Below, one piece after another: positions 10,496 to 21,156 of a stretch of 64,000 bases of DNA (position 1 is the stretch's first letter; each line of letters opens with the position of its first letter). The position numbers were made by a program, and so were the translations under genes. The stretch is from contig OZ245817.1 of the NCBI GenBank assembly GCA_965228475.1, forward strand, positions 2,272,001-2,336,000. Direction: 5' to 3'. The stretch is from Myxococcota bacterium (GTDB lineage Bacteria; Myxococcota_A; UBA9160; JAFDDA01). The notes under the pieces were generated by a model. That model had not been told where the DNA came from, ran no database searches, and was given only the letters and a program-made list of their open reading frames with translations.

Positions 10496-11143
10496 ATGGG
10501 AGAGGCGAAGGCCCAGGGCCACCTGTTGGACGAGGTGCGCGAGCGCTTCGAGCGGAGCTACGAGGCCGGGGAGACCGTCTTCGGGCCCGGCGAGCCTGCG
10601 CGCTCGCTCTTCGTGGTCCAGACCGGCGAAGTCGAGATCCTGCGCCCGACCGGCAGCGGCACCCGCTCGGTCGATCGCATCCGGCCCGGCGAGTTCTTCG
10701 GGGAGATGGCCGTGGTGCTCGGCGGACGCCACAGCGTCCGGGCCGTGGCCTCGAGCGGGACCCGGCTGCTCGAGATCGACCGCGAGACCTTCCACGACAT
10801 GTGCCTGGACCGGCCCGAGATCGCCCTGCGCGTGATCCAGCGGCTGACGGCCCGCGTCCTCCAGCTCGAAGACCGCATCGGCACGCTGGCCGTGACCGAG
10901 CTGATTCGCCCGGTCGTCGCCCACCTGCTCGAGGGCGCCGTGCTCGAGGGGGAGGAGCACCGGGTCGAAACGAGTCTGCGGGAGATCGCCGAGGCCTCGG
11001 GGCTCTCCATGCTCGACGCGCACCGGGCGATCCAGGAACTCCTCGATCAGAAGCTCCTCCGGCTCGACCAGGACCTCCTGTTCATCGCCGACCGCGACGC
11101 CCTGGCGCGCTTCCCGAACGAAGTCGCCGCCCCCACGGCCTGA
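10496..11143 (+). CDS. Crp/Fnr family transcriptional regulator
   Basis: cNMP domain (GETVF..GEP...LFVVQTGEVEI...PGEFFGEM), C-helix and C-terminal HTH (SLREIAEASGLS). Confidence 0.85.
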   Translation: MGEAKAQGHLLDEVRERFERSYEAGETVFGPGEPARSLFVVQTGEVEILRPTGSGTRSVDRIRPGEFFGEMAVVLGGRHSVRAVASSGTRLLEIDRETFHDMCLDRPEIALRVIQRLTARVLQLEDRIGTLAVTELIRPVVAHLLEGAVLEGEEHRVETSLREIAEASGLSMLDAHRAIQELLDQKLLRLDQDLLFIADRDALARFPNEVAAPTA

Positions 11144-11195
11144 CCGCCGGCCCCGCCCAAGCCCTCGGAAGCACACCGGGAACTCCCCCGGCGGA

Positions 11196-11225
11196 TTGAC
11201 CCGCTCGCGCGCCCTCTGGTAGCGT
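11196..11225 (+). promoter_or_regulatory. Putative sigma-70 promoter of lptD
   Basis: TTGACC-N18-TAGCGT with an extended TG. Confidence 0.5.
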
Positions 11226-11235
11226 CCGCAACGCG

Positions 11236-13746
11236 TTGCCGGGGGGTTTCTTGCGCTTTCTCGCTTGGTTGTCGGGTTCCATTGCCGCTCGCGGGGGTTC
11301 TCTCGTCGTTCTCGCCTTCGCGGCCGTGCTCGCGGCCCCGTCCGTCGCGGTCGCCGACGACGTCCCGTTCACCCTGAAGGCCGACTCCATCGAGTACGAC
11401 TCCGCGCGCTCGATCTACGTCGGGCGCGGGAACGTCCGCATCGAGGACGGCGAGCAGACCCTGACCGCGGACTGGGTCATGTTCAGCAACGAGACCCGCC
11501 AGGGCCTCGCCTCGGGCAACGTCGTCCACAAGGACGGGCCGGACACCCTGGTCGGCGACTTCCTCCAGTTCGACATCGACTCCCTGCGTGGCTTCCTGCG
11601 CGAGGGCGTGATGACCTCGGAGGAGAGCCAGTACCACCTCTCCGCCGAGGAGCTCCGCAAGACCGGCGAGCAGACCTACACGTTCAAGAAGACGCGCTTC
11701 ACGACCTGTGATTGCCCGGACGACGACGACCGCAAGCCGTGGGAGGTGAAGGCCGAGACCGCGGACATGGAGGTCGGTGGCTACGCGACGGCGCGCAACA
11801 CGACCTTCGAGGTCTTCGGGGTGCCCGCGCTGTGGCTTCCTTGGGCCGGCTACCCGCTGAAGGAGAAGCGCACGACCGGGCTGCTCTTCCCCGAGATCAA
11901 CAGCACGAACCGCAGCGGCTTCGACGTCGGCCTGCCGTTCTACTGGGCGGCGCGCCACAACCTGAACGTGATCCTGACCCCGCAGTACCTCCAGAAGCGC
12001 GGCGTGAAGGGCAAGGCCGAGTTCGACTGGGCGCTCGCGAACGGCAGCGGCGGTGCCTTCTTCTTCACGATGCTCTCGGACAACGAGGTCGACGAGGGCG
12101 ACCCCCAGGAGTCCTTCGACGAGCTCCGCTGGGCCATCGACACCAAGCAGGATTGGCGGCTGCCCTTCGACACCCGTGCGAAGCTCGACGTGAACTGGAT
12201 GCGCGACAACCAGTTCGTGCGCGACTTCCGCGACATGCGCCAGTTCGTGAACGACCGCTTCGTCGAGTCGACCGCCTTCGTCGAGCGCGACTTCTTCGCC
12301 TCGGGCTGGCTCCAGGCCTCGACCGGGCTGCGCTGGGCGGACGACTTCCAGAACCCGGACGACCTCGACCGCGACGAGCAGCTCCTGCAGCGGCTTCCCG
12401 AGGCCCAGGTGAAGGTGCTCGCCAAGCCCGTCGCCGACGCCGGCCCGGTCCGCGTCGTCACCTCGCTCGATTCGGACTACGCCTATTTCTACGCGCGCGA
12501 CAGCGCGAGCGACCGGCTGCGGAACCTGGTGGTCGGGGACGACCTTTTCGTCGACACCGGCATCGACGGCGTCCCGAGCTCCCAGGAGCAGAACTCGGGC
12601 GGCTTCGTCTCGGCCGTGGATCAGCACGCCGACGACTTCGCCACCCGCCGCGGCCCGGAAGGCGACGGCGTCTTCCAGGAGGGCGAGCTGCTCGGCGATC
12701 AGGGGCACCGGCTCTGGCTCCACCCGAAGATCTCGGCGCCGGTGCGGATCCTCGACGCCGTCGAGGTCGTTCCCGAACTCGGCTACCACCTGACGCTCTA
12801 CGACAGCGACGCCCAGGGCTTCGACCAGCGCGGCATGGTCACGGGCCGGCTCGATCTGCGGACCCGCCTGCGCCGGGAGTTCGCGCCGAGCTTCATCAGC
12901 CGGCCCGTCGCCCACGTGATCGAGCCCTTCGTCTCCTGGGGCATCGTCCAGAGCGCCCAGCAGCGCAGCAACCCGTTCTACCTGCCCGACACGGCGCTCC
13001 AGCAGGAGCGCATCCGCCTGCTCGATCTCGACAACGTGGTCGGCGACCCGGCGGACCGCGTCGATCGCTTCCACGGACTGACGGTCGGCGTGCGGCAGCA
13101 GTTGATGGGCCGCTCGCTCGGGACACGCGAGGACCCGGAGACCGGCGAGACGATCTACGTCTCCGAGGCGTCGCGGCTCGTGGCCGACGTGACGGTGGCC
13201 TACGACTACCAGATCTGGGGCAACCGGCTCGGCAACTTCGTCGTCGACGGCGCGTGGTGGCCCTGGAACTCGTGGACGAGCCGGTTCCACGTGAACTACG
13301 ACACGAGCCGCAACGAGATCGACGAGGTCTTCCTGAACTTCGGCTACTGGAGCCTGAACGGGCACAACCTCTCCGTGCAGTACCGGCTCGTGGCCGACAT
13401 CCCGCAGTTCTTCGAGGAGTTCCGCACGGACCGCGACCGCCTCGACGACTTCGAGGACGATTTCAGCCAGGTGAACCAGATCTGGACGAGCGCCCGCTGG
13501 GCCGTCACCGCGAACTGGGCCCTCACCTACAACGTCGTCTACACGTTCGAGGAGGCGCTCTTCCTGAGCCACCGCGCGGGGGTGGAGTACACCTCCCAGT
13601 GTGGCTGCTGGGCGGTGCGGCTGGTCGGCGACTTCCGCCGCCAGACCGGCTTCGACCTCGGGGTGCGCTTCACCCTGGTCGGACTCGGGCAGGACCGGGT
13701 CCGGCCCTTCTCGGGCGGCGGGGGCGGCAGCAGCCTCCTTCGCTAG
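11236..13746 (+). CDS. lptD: LPS-assembly outer membrane protein LptD
   Basis: Signal peptide, N-terminal jellyroll (LKADSIEYD..GNVRI..LTAD), FTTCDC..PW, R.TGLLFP, PFYW, beta-barrel and C-terminal SQCGCW. Confidence 0.85.
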   Translation: MPGGFLRFLAWLSGSIAARGGSLVVLAFAAVLAAPSVAVADDVPFTLKADSIEYDSARSIYVGRGNVRIEDGEQTLTADWVMFSNETRQGLASGNVVHKDGPDTLVGDFLQFDIDSLRGFLREGVMTSEESQYHLSAEELRKTGEQTYTFKKTRFTTCDCPDDDDRKPWEVKAETADMEVGGYATARNTTFEVFGVPALWLPWAGYPLKEKRTTGLLFPEINSTNRSGFDVGLPFYWAARHNLNVILTPQYLQKRGVKGKAEFDWALANGSGGAFFFTMLSDNEVDEGDPQESFDELRWAIDTKQDWRLPFDTRAKLDVNWMRDNQFVRDFRDMRQFVNDRFVESTAFVERDFFASGWLQASTGLRWADDFQNPDDLDRDEQLLQRLPEAQVKVLAKPVADAGPVRVVTSLDSDYAYFYARDSASDRLRNLVVGDDLFVDTGIDGVPSSQEQNSGGFVSAVDQHADDFATRRGPEGDGVFQEGELLGDQGHRLWLHPKISAPVRILDAVEVVPELGYHLTLYDSDAQGFDQRGMVTGRLDLRTRLRREFAPSFISRPVAHVIEPFVSWGIVQSAQQRSNPFYLPDTALQQERIRLLDLDNVVGDPADRVDRFHGLTVGVRQQLMGRSLGTREDPETGETIYVSEASRLVADVTVAYDYQIWGNRLGNFVVDGAWWPWNSWTSRFHVNYDTSRNEIDEVFLNFGYWSLNGHNLSVQYRLVADIPQFFEEFRTDRDRLDDFEDDFSQVNQIWTSARWAVTANWALTYNVVYTFEEALFLSHRAGVEYTSQCGCWAVRLVGDFRRQTGFDLGVRFTLVGLGQDRVRPFSGGGGGSSLLR

Positions 13747-13854
13747 GCGATGGCCGGCCTCCCGGCCTCGCGGCTGCCGCGCGAGTTGAAACCGCCGGGC
13801 GGCTGCGCCAACCTAATCCTCTGAATCCCCAAGCGTTTTTCCCCTGAGGCGGTC

Positions 13855-15342
13855 GTGATCTTCCCCAGCGAAGAGGTCTTCGAGCAGTTATCGGGCCGCG
13901 GCAACCTGGTTCCGGTCGTGCTCGAGGTCCCCGCGGATTTCGACACGCCGCTGTCCTTCTTCCGCAAGCTCGACGACGGGCGAACGGCGTTCCTGTTCGA
14001 GTCCGTCGAGGGCGGCGAGCAGTGGGCACGCTTCAGCTTCATGGGCGTCGGCGCGCGCGCGACGTTCCGGGCCCGCGGGCGCGAGGTCGAGTGGACGGCG
14101 GACGGGAAGACCGAGCGCGTGACGGCGCCCGGCGACCCGCTCGAGCTCCTGCGCGAGCGCATGGCGCGCTTCGAGCCGGTTCCGCTCGAGGGCATCGAGC
14201 TCCCCCGGTTCGTCGGCGGGGCCGTCGGGCTGGTCGGCTACGACTGGGTCCGCTTCGTCGAGACCCTGCCCGACGGGAACCCGGACGAGCTCGACGTGCC
14301 GGACCTCGCCTTCGTGCTGCCGGAGACCGTGCTCGTCCACGATGCGAAGCGCCACACGGCGCTGCTCGTGAAGCACGTCGAGGTCGGCGAGGGCTCGGAC
14401 GTCCACGCCGGCTACCACGCCGCCGTCGCGGACCTCTCGGCCCTGGCGAAGCGCCTGCGCGAACCGCTCTCGCTGCCGCCCGCCGAGCCCGTGCGCGCGC
14501 CGATGGACGTCGTGAAGACGCACACGCGCGAGACCTATCACGAGATCGTGAAGCGGGCGAAGGAGTACATCGAGGCGGGCGACATCTTCCAGGTCGTCCT
14601 CTCCCAGCGCTTCCAGATCCCGCTCCAGGTCGATCCGTTCACCGTGTATCGGCATCTGCGCCGGATCAACCCGAGCCCGTACCTCTTCTTCCTGCGCAGC
14701 GAGGGCGCGGTCTTGATCGGCTCTTCGCCGGAGATCCTCGTGCGGGTCGAGCAGGGGCGGATCGACCTGCGCCCGATCGCCGGGACGCGGCCGCGCGGGG
14801 CCACGCCCGAGGAGGACGAGGCCACCGAGCGCAGCCTGCTCGCCGATCCGAAGGAGCTCGCCGAGCACGTGATGCTCGTCGATCTCGGCCGCAACGACGT
14901 CGGCCGCGTGGCCGAGACGGGCTCCGTCGAAGTCACGGACTACGCCGTCATCGAGCGCTACTCGCACGTCATGCACATCGTGTCCCACGTGGTCGGACGC
15001 CTGCGCAAGGGGCTCGACTGGCTCGACCTGCTGCGCGCGACCTTCCCGGCCGGCACGCTCTCGGGTGCGCCGAAGGTCCGCGCCATGGAGATCATCGACG
15101 AGCTCGAGCCCGTGCGGCGGAGCTTCTACGGTGGCGCCGTCGGCTACGTCGACTACTCCGGGAACATGGACATGGCGATCACGATCCGCACCATGCTGGT
15201 GAAGGACGGTGCGATCCACCTCCAGGCGGGCGGCGGCATCGTCGCGGACTCGGACCCGGAGTACGAGTTCCAGGAGTGTCAGAACAAGGCCCGTGCGCTG
15301 ATTCGCGCGATCGACATGGCGCGCGAGGGAGACGAGACGTGA
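13855..15342 (+). CDS. trpE: Anthranilate synthase component I
   Basis: FLFESVEGGE, AGDIFQVVLSQR, NPSPY, PIAGTRPRG, EHVMLVDLGRND and GTLSGAPK. Confidence 0.96.
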   Translation: MIFPSEEVFEQLSGRGNLVPVVLEVPADFDTPLSFFRKLDDGRTAFLFESVEGGEQWARFSFMGVGARATFRARGREVEWTADGKTERVTAPGDPLELLRERMARFEPVPLEGIELPRFVGGAVGLVGYDWVRFVETLPDGNPDELDVPDLAFVLPETVLVHDAKRHTALLVKHVEVGEGSDVHAGYHAAVADLSALAKRLREPLSLPPAEPVRAPMDVVKTHTRETYHEIVKRAKEYIEAGDIFQVVLSQRFQIPLQVDPFTVYRHLRRINPSPYLFFLRSEGAVLIGSSPEILVRVEQGRIDLRPIAGTRPRGATPEEDEATERSLLADPKELAEHVMLVDLGRNDVGRVAETGSVEVTDYAVIERYSHVMHIVSHVVGRLRKGLDWLDLLRATFPAGTLSGAPKVRAMEIIDELEPVRRSFYGGAVGYVDYSGNMDMAITIRTMLVKDGAIHLQAGGGIVADSDPEYEFQECQNKARALIRAIDMAREGDET

Positions 15343-15382
15343 GAAGCGCTCGCAAGAGCAAGCGGGGCCGGGAGGCCGGCGC

Positions 15383-15958
15383 GTGAAGATCCTCGTCGTC
15401 GATAACTACGACTCCTTCACCTACAACCTCGTCCAGTACCTCGGCGAGCTCGGGGCGGGGGTCGACGTGGTGCGCAACGACGTCGAGACGGTGGACGCGC
15501 TGCTCGCGCGCGAGCCCGGAGGTCTGGTGATCTCGCCGGGCCCGGGCCGTCCCGCCGACGGCGGGGTCTCGATCGAGGCGGTGAAGCGCTTCGGCGAGGC
15601 GGGCATCCCGGTGCTCGGCGTGTGCCTCGGGCATCAGGCGATCGGCGAGGCCTTCGGGGGCCGCATCGTCCGCGCCCGGACGATCATGCACGGCAAGGTC
15701 TCCGAGGTCTCCCACGACGATCGCGGCGTCTTCGCCGGGCTCCCGAATCCCTTCGAAGCCACCCGCTACCACTCGCTCGTGATCGACGGGAGCGACTTCC
15801 CCGCCGCCCTCGAGGCCACCGCCCACACGGACGACGGGGAGATCATGGGGGTGCGGCACCGGGATCTCCCGATCCACGGCATCCAGTTCCACCCAGAATC
15901 GATCCTGACGCGCGAGGGCAAGAACCTGCTCGCGAACTTTCTCGGGTTCCTGGCGTGA
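15383..15958 (+). CDS. trpG: Anthranilate synthase component II (glutamine amidotransferase)
   Basis: DNYDSFTYNL, SPGPG, GVCLGHQ, RYHSL and QFHPES. Confidence 0.95.
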   Translation: MKILVVDNYDSFTYNLVQYLGELGAGVDVVRNDVETVDALLAREPGGLVISPGPGRPADGGVSIEAVKRFGEAGIPVLGVCLGHQAIGEAFGGRIVRARTIMHGKVSEVSHDDRGVFAGLPNPFEATRYHSLVIDGSDFPAALEATAHTDDGEIMGVRHRDLPIHGIQFHPESILTREGKNLLANFLGFLA

Positions 15959-16980
15959 GTCTTCGCAAGGCCATCGAGGAGGCCGTCGCGGGCCACGAGG
16001 TGCCGTCCCCGCTCCTGGCGGGCGCCTTCGACGAGATCATGGCCGGGAACGCCGAGGCCGCGCAGATCGCCGCCCTGCTCGTGGCCCTGCGGACCAAGGG
16101 CGAGACGGTCGGCGAGATCGTCGCGGCGGCCCGAGCGCTGCGTGCCCACGCCGAGACGGGGCCCGGCGACGAGCGCGCCGTCGATACCTGCGGGACGGGG
16201 GGCGACGGCGCCGACACCTTCAACATCTCGACGACGGCGGCCTTCGTGGTCGCGGGCGCCGGCGTGCCCGTGGCGAAGCACGGCAACCGCTCGGCGAGCA
16301 GCCGCTGCGGGAGCATCGACGTCCTCGAGGGGCTCGGCGTGCGCGTCGACCTCTCGACCGCCGAGTCGTGCCAGCTCCTTCGCGAGGTCGGCATGGCGCC
16401 CTTCTTCGCGCGCCGGGCGCATCCGGCCATGCGGCACGTCGCGCCCGTGCGCCAGAGCCTCGGCATCCGCACGATCATGAACTGCCTCGGTCCGCTCCTG
16501 AATCCGGTCGGCGTGAAGCACCAGCTCGTCGGGGTCTACGACCGCGCGCTCGTGGTCCCCCTGGCCGAGGTGCTGGGGGAACTCGGTGCCCGCCGCGCGC
16601 TCGTGGCGCACGGCAGCGACGGGCTCGACGAGATCACGACCACCGGCGAAACCCACGCCGCGTTCTTCGACGGTGAGACGGTCGCGGCCCTGACGCTCGA
16701 GCCGGAGCAGGCCGGCCTGGCCCGGGCGCGGCCCGAAGACCTCGCGGGCGGAGACCTCGAGGAGAACGTCGCCATCGTGCGCGCGGTGCTCGACGGCGAG
16801 ACCGGTCCGCGCCGGGAGATCGTGCTGGCCAACGCCGGGGCCGCGCTCTTCGCGGCGGGAGCGAGCGAGGACTGGCCGTCGGGGGTGGCGCGCGCGGCCG
16901 AGAGTCTCGCCTCGGGAGCCGCCCGGGAGCGGCTCGAAGCGCTCGTTCGGGCAAGCCAGGCCCTCGGGGACGAAGCGTGA
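15955..16980 (+). CDS. trpD: Anthranilate phosphoribosyltransferase
   Basis: DTCGTGGDG..TFNIST, KHGNRSASS and GSDGLDE. GTG overlaps the trpG stop. Confidence 0.95.
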   Translation: MSLRKAIEEAVAGHEVPSPLLAGAFDEIMAGNAEAAQIAALLVALRTKGETVGEIVAAARALRAHAETGPGDERAVDTCGTGGDGADTFNISTTAAFVVAGAGVPVAKHGNRSASSRCGSIDVLEGLGVRVDLSTAESCQLLREVGMAPFFARRAHPAMRHVAPVRQSLGIRTIMNCLGPLLNPVGVKHQLVGVYDRALVVPLAEVLGELGARRALVAHGSDGLDEITTTGETHAAFFDGETVAALTLEPEQAGLARARPEDLAGGDLEENVAIVRAVLDGETGPRREIVLANAGAALFAAGASEDWPSGVARAAESLASGAARERLEALVRASQALGDEA

Positions 16981-17801
16981 GCATCCTCGACGAGATTCTC
17001 ACGCGAAAGCACGAAGAGGTGGCGCGGGCGAAGGAAGCGACGCCCCCGGCCGTGCTCGCCGAGCGTGCGGCGGCGGTCGCGCGCCCGGTGCGGAGCCTCC
17101 ACGCGGCGCTCTTGGCCGGACCCGCGCCCCGCGTGATCGCGGAGGTGAAGCGGCGCTCGCCGAGCAAGGGCGAGATCCGCAAGGACTTCGACCCGAGCGC
17201 CATCGCGAAGTCCTACGCGGACGGCGGCGCGGCGGCGCTCTCCGTGTTGACGGACGAGCCGTTCTTCGGCGGGCATCTCGACTACCTGCGGGAGATCCGG
17301 GCGCTCGTCGACCTGCCGCTCCTGCGCAAGGACTTCGTCGTCGATGCCTACCAGCTCGACGAAGCGCGGCTCGCCGGCGCGGACGCCGTCCTGCTGATCG
17401 TGGCGGCGCTCGAGCCCGCCGTGCTCGAGCGGCTCCATCGCGAGGCGCGCGCGCGCAGCCTCGACGTCCTGGTCGAGGTCCACGACGACGCGGAGCTCGA
17501 GTTCGCCCTCGGCCTCGGGGCCACCCTCGTCGGGATCAACAACCGCGACCTGCGGACCTTCGAGACCGATCTCGCCACGACGGAGCGCCTGGCACCGCGC
17601 GCACGCGCGGCGAGCCCCGACTGTGTGGTCGTGGCCGAGAGTGGCATCTTCACCGGGGCCGACATGCGACGGCTCGAAGCGTCGGGAGCCGGAGCCCATC
17701 TGGTGGGGGAGTCCCTGATGCGCCAGCCCGACCCGGGCGCCGCGCTGCGCGAGCTCCGCGAGGCCCACGCGGCGGCGCCGGGAGAGGAGGCGCGAGGGTG
17801 A
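16977..17801 (+). CDS. trpC: Indole-3-glycerol phosphate synthase
   Basis: [29 protein letters not shown] and ESGI. Confidence 0.96.
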   Translation: MSILDEILTRKHEEVARAKEATPPAVLAERAAAVARPVRSLHAALLAGPAPRVIAEVKRRSPSKGEIRKDFDPSAIAKSYADGGAAALSVLTDEPFFGGHLDYLREIRALVDLPLLRKDFVVDAYQLDEARLAGADAVLLIVAALEPAVLERLHREARARSLDVLVEVHDDAELEFALGLGATLVGINNRDLRTFETDLATTERLAPRARAASPDCVVVAESGIFTGADMRRLEASGAGAHLVGESLMRQPDPGAALRELREAHAAAPGEEARG

Positions 17802-18448
17802 GCGTGCGAATCAAGATCTGCGGCGTCACCACGCCGGAAGACGCCGAAGCGGCCGTCGAGGGCGGGGCGGACCTGATCGGCCTGAACTTCGTTCCGGGCT
17901 CGCCGCGCTGCCTCGAGATCGGCCTCGCCGCGGAGATTGCCGAGCAGGTGGCGGGCCGGGTCGAGCGCGTCGCGCTGTTTCGCGACGAGGACCCGGCGGA
18001 GATCGAGCGCGTCCTTCGGCGCGTCGAAGTCGAGCGCGTCCAGCTCCACGGCAGCGAGACGCCCGAGGACGTCGAGGCGATGGACCTGCCGGTGATCAAG
18101 GCCCTGCGCGGCGCCGACGCGGAGGCCGCGGCGGAGTATCCGGGCACCATGCTGCTGCTCGACCACCCGACGGCGGGGGGCGGGCAGGGTCAGGTCTGGC
18201 CCTGGAGCGATGCCGCGCCGCTGCTCGAAGAGGGTTACGACATCATGCTCGCCGGCGGGCTCGACCCCGACAACGTTGGGCCCGCCCTGGCCGAGCTCGG
18301 CGACCTCCTGCCCTGGGGCGTCGACGTCGCGACCGGCGTCGAGGGGGAGGGCCGACGCAAGGATCCGGCCCGGATCGAAGCCTTCATCCGGGCGGTTCGC
18401 GCCGCCGAGGAAAGCGGTGCCGACGAAGGCGCCGAGGAGACACCGTGA
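17798..18448 (+). CDS. trpF: Phosphoribosylanthranilate isomerase
   Basis: [21 protein letters not shown] and GVDVATGVE. Confidence 0.94.
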   Translation: MSVRIKICGVTTPEDAEAAVEGGADLIGLNFVPGSPRCLEIGLAAEIAEQVAGRVERVALFRDEDPAEIERVLRRVEVERVQLHGSETPEDVEAMDLPVIKALRGADAEAAAEYPGTMLLLDHPTAGGGQGQVWPWSDAAPLLEEGYDIMLAGGLDPDNVGPALAELGDLLPWGVDVATGVEGEGRRKDPARIEAFIRAVRAAEESGADEGAEETP

Positions 18449-19674
18449 CACGGCGAACAGGGGAGCCCCCGCGCTGGGAGGCCGACGGACGTGGCCGCTT
18501 CGGCGAGTACGGGGGCCGCTTCGTCCCGGAGACGCTGATCAATGCGCTCGACGAGCTCACGGAAGCGGTTCCGCGCATCACCGGAAGCGAGGAGTTCCGC
18601 ACCGAGCTCGACGGGCTCCTCACGTCGTACGCCGGCCGTCCGACGCCGATCACCTTCGCGCGGCGCGCGACGGAGGAGCTCGGCGGTGCCCGCATCTGGC
18701 TGAAGCGGGAAGACCTAACCCATACGGGCGCCCACAAGATCAACAACGTCCTGGCCCAGGCCCTGCTCGCACGCCACATGGGCAAGCCCCGCGTGATCGC
18801 CGAGACCGGCGCCGGGCAGCACGGCGTCGCGACGGCGACGGCCTGCGCGCTGCTCGGCCTCGAGTGCGAGGTCTACATGGGCGCGGAGGACGTCGAACGT
18901 CAGGCGCTGAACGTCTTCAAGATGGAGCTCCTCGGCGCCCGGGTCGTCCCGGTGAGCTCCGGCTCGCAAACCTTGAAGGACGCGATCAACGAGGCGATGC
19001 GCGATTGGGTGACGAACATCGCCAACACCTACTACTGCATCGGTTCGGTCATGGGGCCCCATCCCTATCCGACGCTGGTGCGCGATTTCCAGCGCGTCAT
19101 CGGCGTCGAGGCCCGCGAGCAGATCCTCGCGGAGGAGGGCCGGCTCCCCGACGTGCTGGTCGCCTGCGTCGGCGGCGGCTCGAACGCGATGGGCCTCTTC
19201 CACCCGTTCCTCGACGACGAGGGCGTCCGCATGATCGGCGTGGAGCCGGCGGGGGAGGGGATCGAAACCGGCCGCCACGGCGCCGCCCTCGGCACCGGCG
19301 TTCCCGGAATCTTCCACGGCAAGCGCACGCTGGTCCGTTCGGACGACGACGGTCAGATCTTCCCGGCCCATTCCGTTTCCGCCGGGCTCGACTACCCGAG
19401 CGTGGGTCCGGAGCACGCGCATCTGCGAGACCTCGGCCGGGCCGAGTATCACTCGGTCACCGACGACGAGGCGCTCGAGGCCTTCCAGTGGCTCTCGCGC
19501 ATCGAGGGCATCATCCCGGCCCTCGAGACGGCCCACGCCATCGCCGAGGTGAAGAAGCTCGCGCCGACCTTCGACCGCGATGGGATCATCCTCGTGAACC
19601 TCTCGGGCCGCGGCGACAAGGACGCGCCCCAGGTGCGCGAGATCCTGGCCGCGCGGAAGGGCGAGTCGGCCTGA
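18445..19674 (+). CDS. trpB: Tryptophan synthase beta subunit
   Basis: [39 protein letters not shown] and NLSGRGDKD. Confidence 0.97.
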   Translation: MTRRTGEPPRWEADGRGRFGEYGGRFVPETLINALDELTEAVPRITGSEEFRTELDGLLTSYAGRPTPITFARRATEELGGARIWLKREDLTHTGAHKINNVLAQALLARHMGKPRVIAETGAGQHGVATATACALLGLECEVYMGAEDVERQALNVFKMELLGARVVPVSSGSQTLKDAINEAMRDWVTNIANTYYCIGSVMGPHPYPTLVRDFQRVIGVEAREQILAEEGRLPDVLVACVGGGSNAMGLFHPFLDDEGVRMIGVEPAGEGIETGRHGAALGTGVPGIFHGKRTLVRSDDDGQIFPAHSVSAGLDYPSVGPEHAHLRDLGRAEYHSVTDDEALEAFQWLSRIEGIIPALETAHAIAEVKKLAPTFDRDGIILVNLSGRGDKDAPQVREILAARKGESA

Positions 19675-20477
19675 TGGGACGCCTCACCGAACGTTTCGAC
19701 GCGCTGAAGGCGCGGGGCGAGCGCGCGCTCGTTCCCTTCATCACCGCCGGCGACCCCGACCTCGAGACCACCGAGGCGCTCCTGCCCGTGCTGGCCGAGG
19801 CCGGGGCGGACGCCATCGAGATCGGCGTGCCCTTCTCCGATCCGATCGCCGAAGGGCCGACGATCCAGCGCTCGAGCGAGCGGGCGCTCGCGAGCGGCAC
19901 GACGCTGCGGCGCATCCTCGAGCTCGTACGCAAGGTGCGCCCGCGGGTCGACGTGCCGCTGGTCCTGATGGGCTACGCGAACACTTTCTTCTCCATGGGC
20001 GACGAGGGCTTCGCCTCGGCTGCGGCCGAGGTCGGCGTCGACGGCGTGATCATCGTGGACCTGCCGCCCGAGGAGGGCGAGTCCTTCTACCGGGCGCTCG
20101 AGGCCGTCGGCATCGATGCGATCCTGCTCGCCGCGCCGACCACGACCCCGGAGCGGCTCGAACGCCTCGCGAAACAGAGCCGCGGCTTCCTCTACTACGT
20201 CTCGCTGACGGGCGTGACCGGTGCGCGGGCCCAGGTCGCGACGGACCTCGAAGCGGGCGTGCGGCGGGCCCAGTCTCTCTCCGGCGCGCCGGTGGTGGTC
20301 GGATTCGGGATCTCCACCCCCGAGCATGCGGCCGAGATCGCGGCCTACGCCGACGGGATCGCGGTGGGGAGTGCCCTGGTCGACCGCATCGCGGCGGAGG
20401 CGGACCTGCCCGCCCGGCTCGAGGCGGCGCGGGCGTTCGCCGCGGAGCTGAAGGCGCCGCTCCGCGAGCCGCGCTAG
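19674..20477 (+). CDS. trpA: Tryptophan synthase alpha subunit
   Basis: FITAGDP, EIGVPFSDPIAEGPTIQ, DLPPEE, GVTGAR and VGFGIS. Confidence 0.96.
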   Translation: MGRLTERFDALKARGERALVPFITAGDPDLETTEALLPVLAEAGADAIEIGVPFSDPIAEGPTIQRSSERALASGTTLRRILELVRKVRPRVDVPLVLMGYANTFFSMGDEGFASAAAEVGVDGVIIVDLPPEEGESFYRALEAVGIDAILLAAPTTTPERLERLAKQSRGFLYYVSLTGVTGARAQVATDLEAGVRRAQSLSGAPVVVGFGISTPEHAAEIAAYADGIAVGSALVDRIAAEADLPARLEAARAFAAELKAPLREPR

Positions 20478-20490
20478 CGCCGGGAGGCGC

Positions 20491-21156
20491 CTAGCCTTCG
20501 GCCGGCTCGCGCTCGACGCGCTCGACGGGAACGGCGCCCGCGGCGGTGTCCTCGCGGAGCAGATCCGCGACGAGCTCCTCGACCCGGGCCCGTGTCGCTT
20601 CGAGGCCGCCCGAGTTGTCGATCACGTGGTCCGCGAGCTCGCGCTTCTCGTCGAGGGACATCTGCGCGGCGATCCGGCGCCGCGCCTCCTCCTCGCTGCA
20701 ATCGTCCCGGGAGACGGTGCGCTCCACCTGGACCTCGGTCGGGACCCAGACGACGACCACGGCGTGGTAGGGAACCGCCGCGCGGCCGGCCTTGCGCCCC
20801 TCGAGCAGGAGCGGGACGTCGAGGACCACGAGCGAATGGCCCGCTTCGCGCGCGGCCTCGATGCGGCGCACCATCTCGGCGCCGACCTTCGGGTGGACGA
20901 TCTGGCCGAGGCGCGTCCGCGCCGCCTCGTCCCGGAAGACGATCGCGCCGAGGGCCTCGCGGTCGAGGCTGCCGTCCTCGGCGAGGATTTCCGGCCCGAA
21001 GGCACGGGCGATCTCGGCGAGGAGCGGCGTGCCCTTGGCCTGGAGCTCGTGGACGATGGCGTCCGCGTCGATCACGACGGCGCCGTGCTCGGCGAGCAGA
21101 CCCGCGACCGTGCTCTTCCCCGAGCCGATCCCGCCCGTCAGTCCCACGAGTTTCAT
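20491..21156 (-). CDS. coaE: Dephospho-CoA kinase
   Basis: GLTGGIGSGKSTV, IDAD, IVHP, DVPLL and RIAAQM. Confidence 0.95.
   Translation of the reverse strand: MKLVGLTGGIGSGKSTVAGLLAEHGAVVIDADAIVHELQAKGTPLLAEIARAFGPEILAEDGSLDREALGAIVFRDEAARTRLGQIVHPKVGAEMVRRIEAAREAGHSLVVLDVPLLLEGRKAGRAAVPYHAVVVVWVPTEVQVERTVSRDDCSEEEARRRIAAQMSLDEKRELADHVIDNSGGLEATRARVEELVADLLREDTAAGAVPVERVEREPAEG

Noticed and set aside
11047..13572. Long antisense and alternative-frame ORFs in the track (e.g. 11047-13572, 29517-32021, 49548-51509, 57402-59636)
   Set aside because: They are shadows of well-supported genes, expected from GC3-biased codon usage, and show no recognisable motifs.
13747..13854. trp attenuator or leader peptide upstream of trpE
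   Set aside because: The only short ORF (ATG 13750, MAGLPASRLPRELKPPGGCANLIL) has no Trp codons, and there is no hairpin directly followed by a U-tract.
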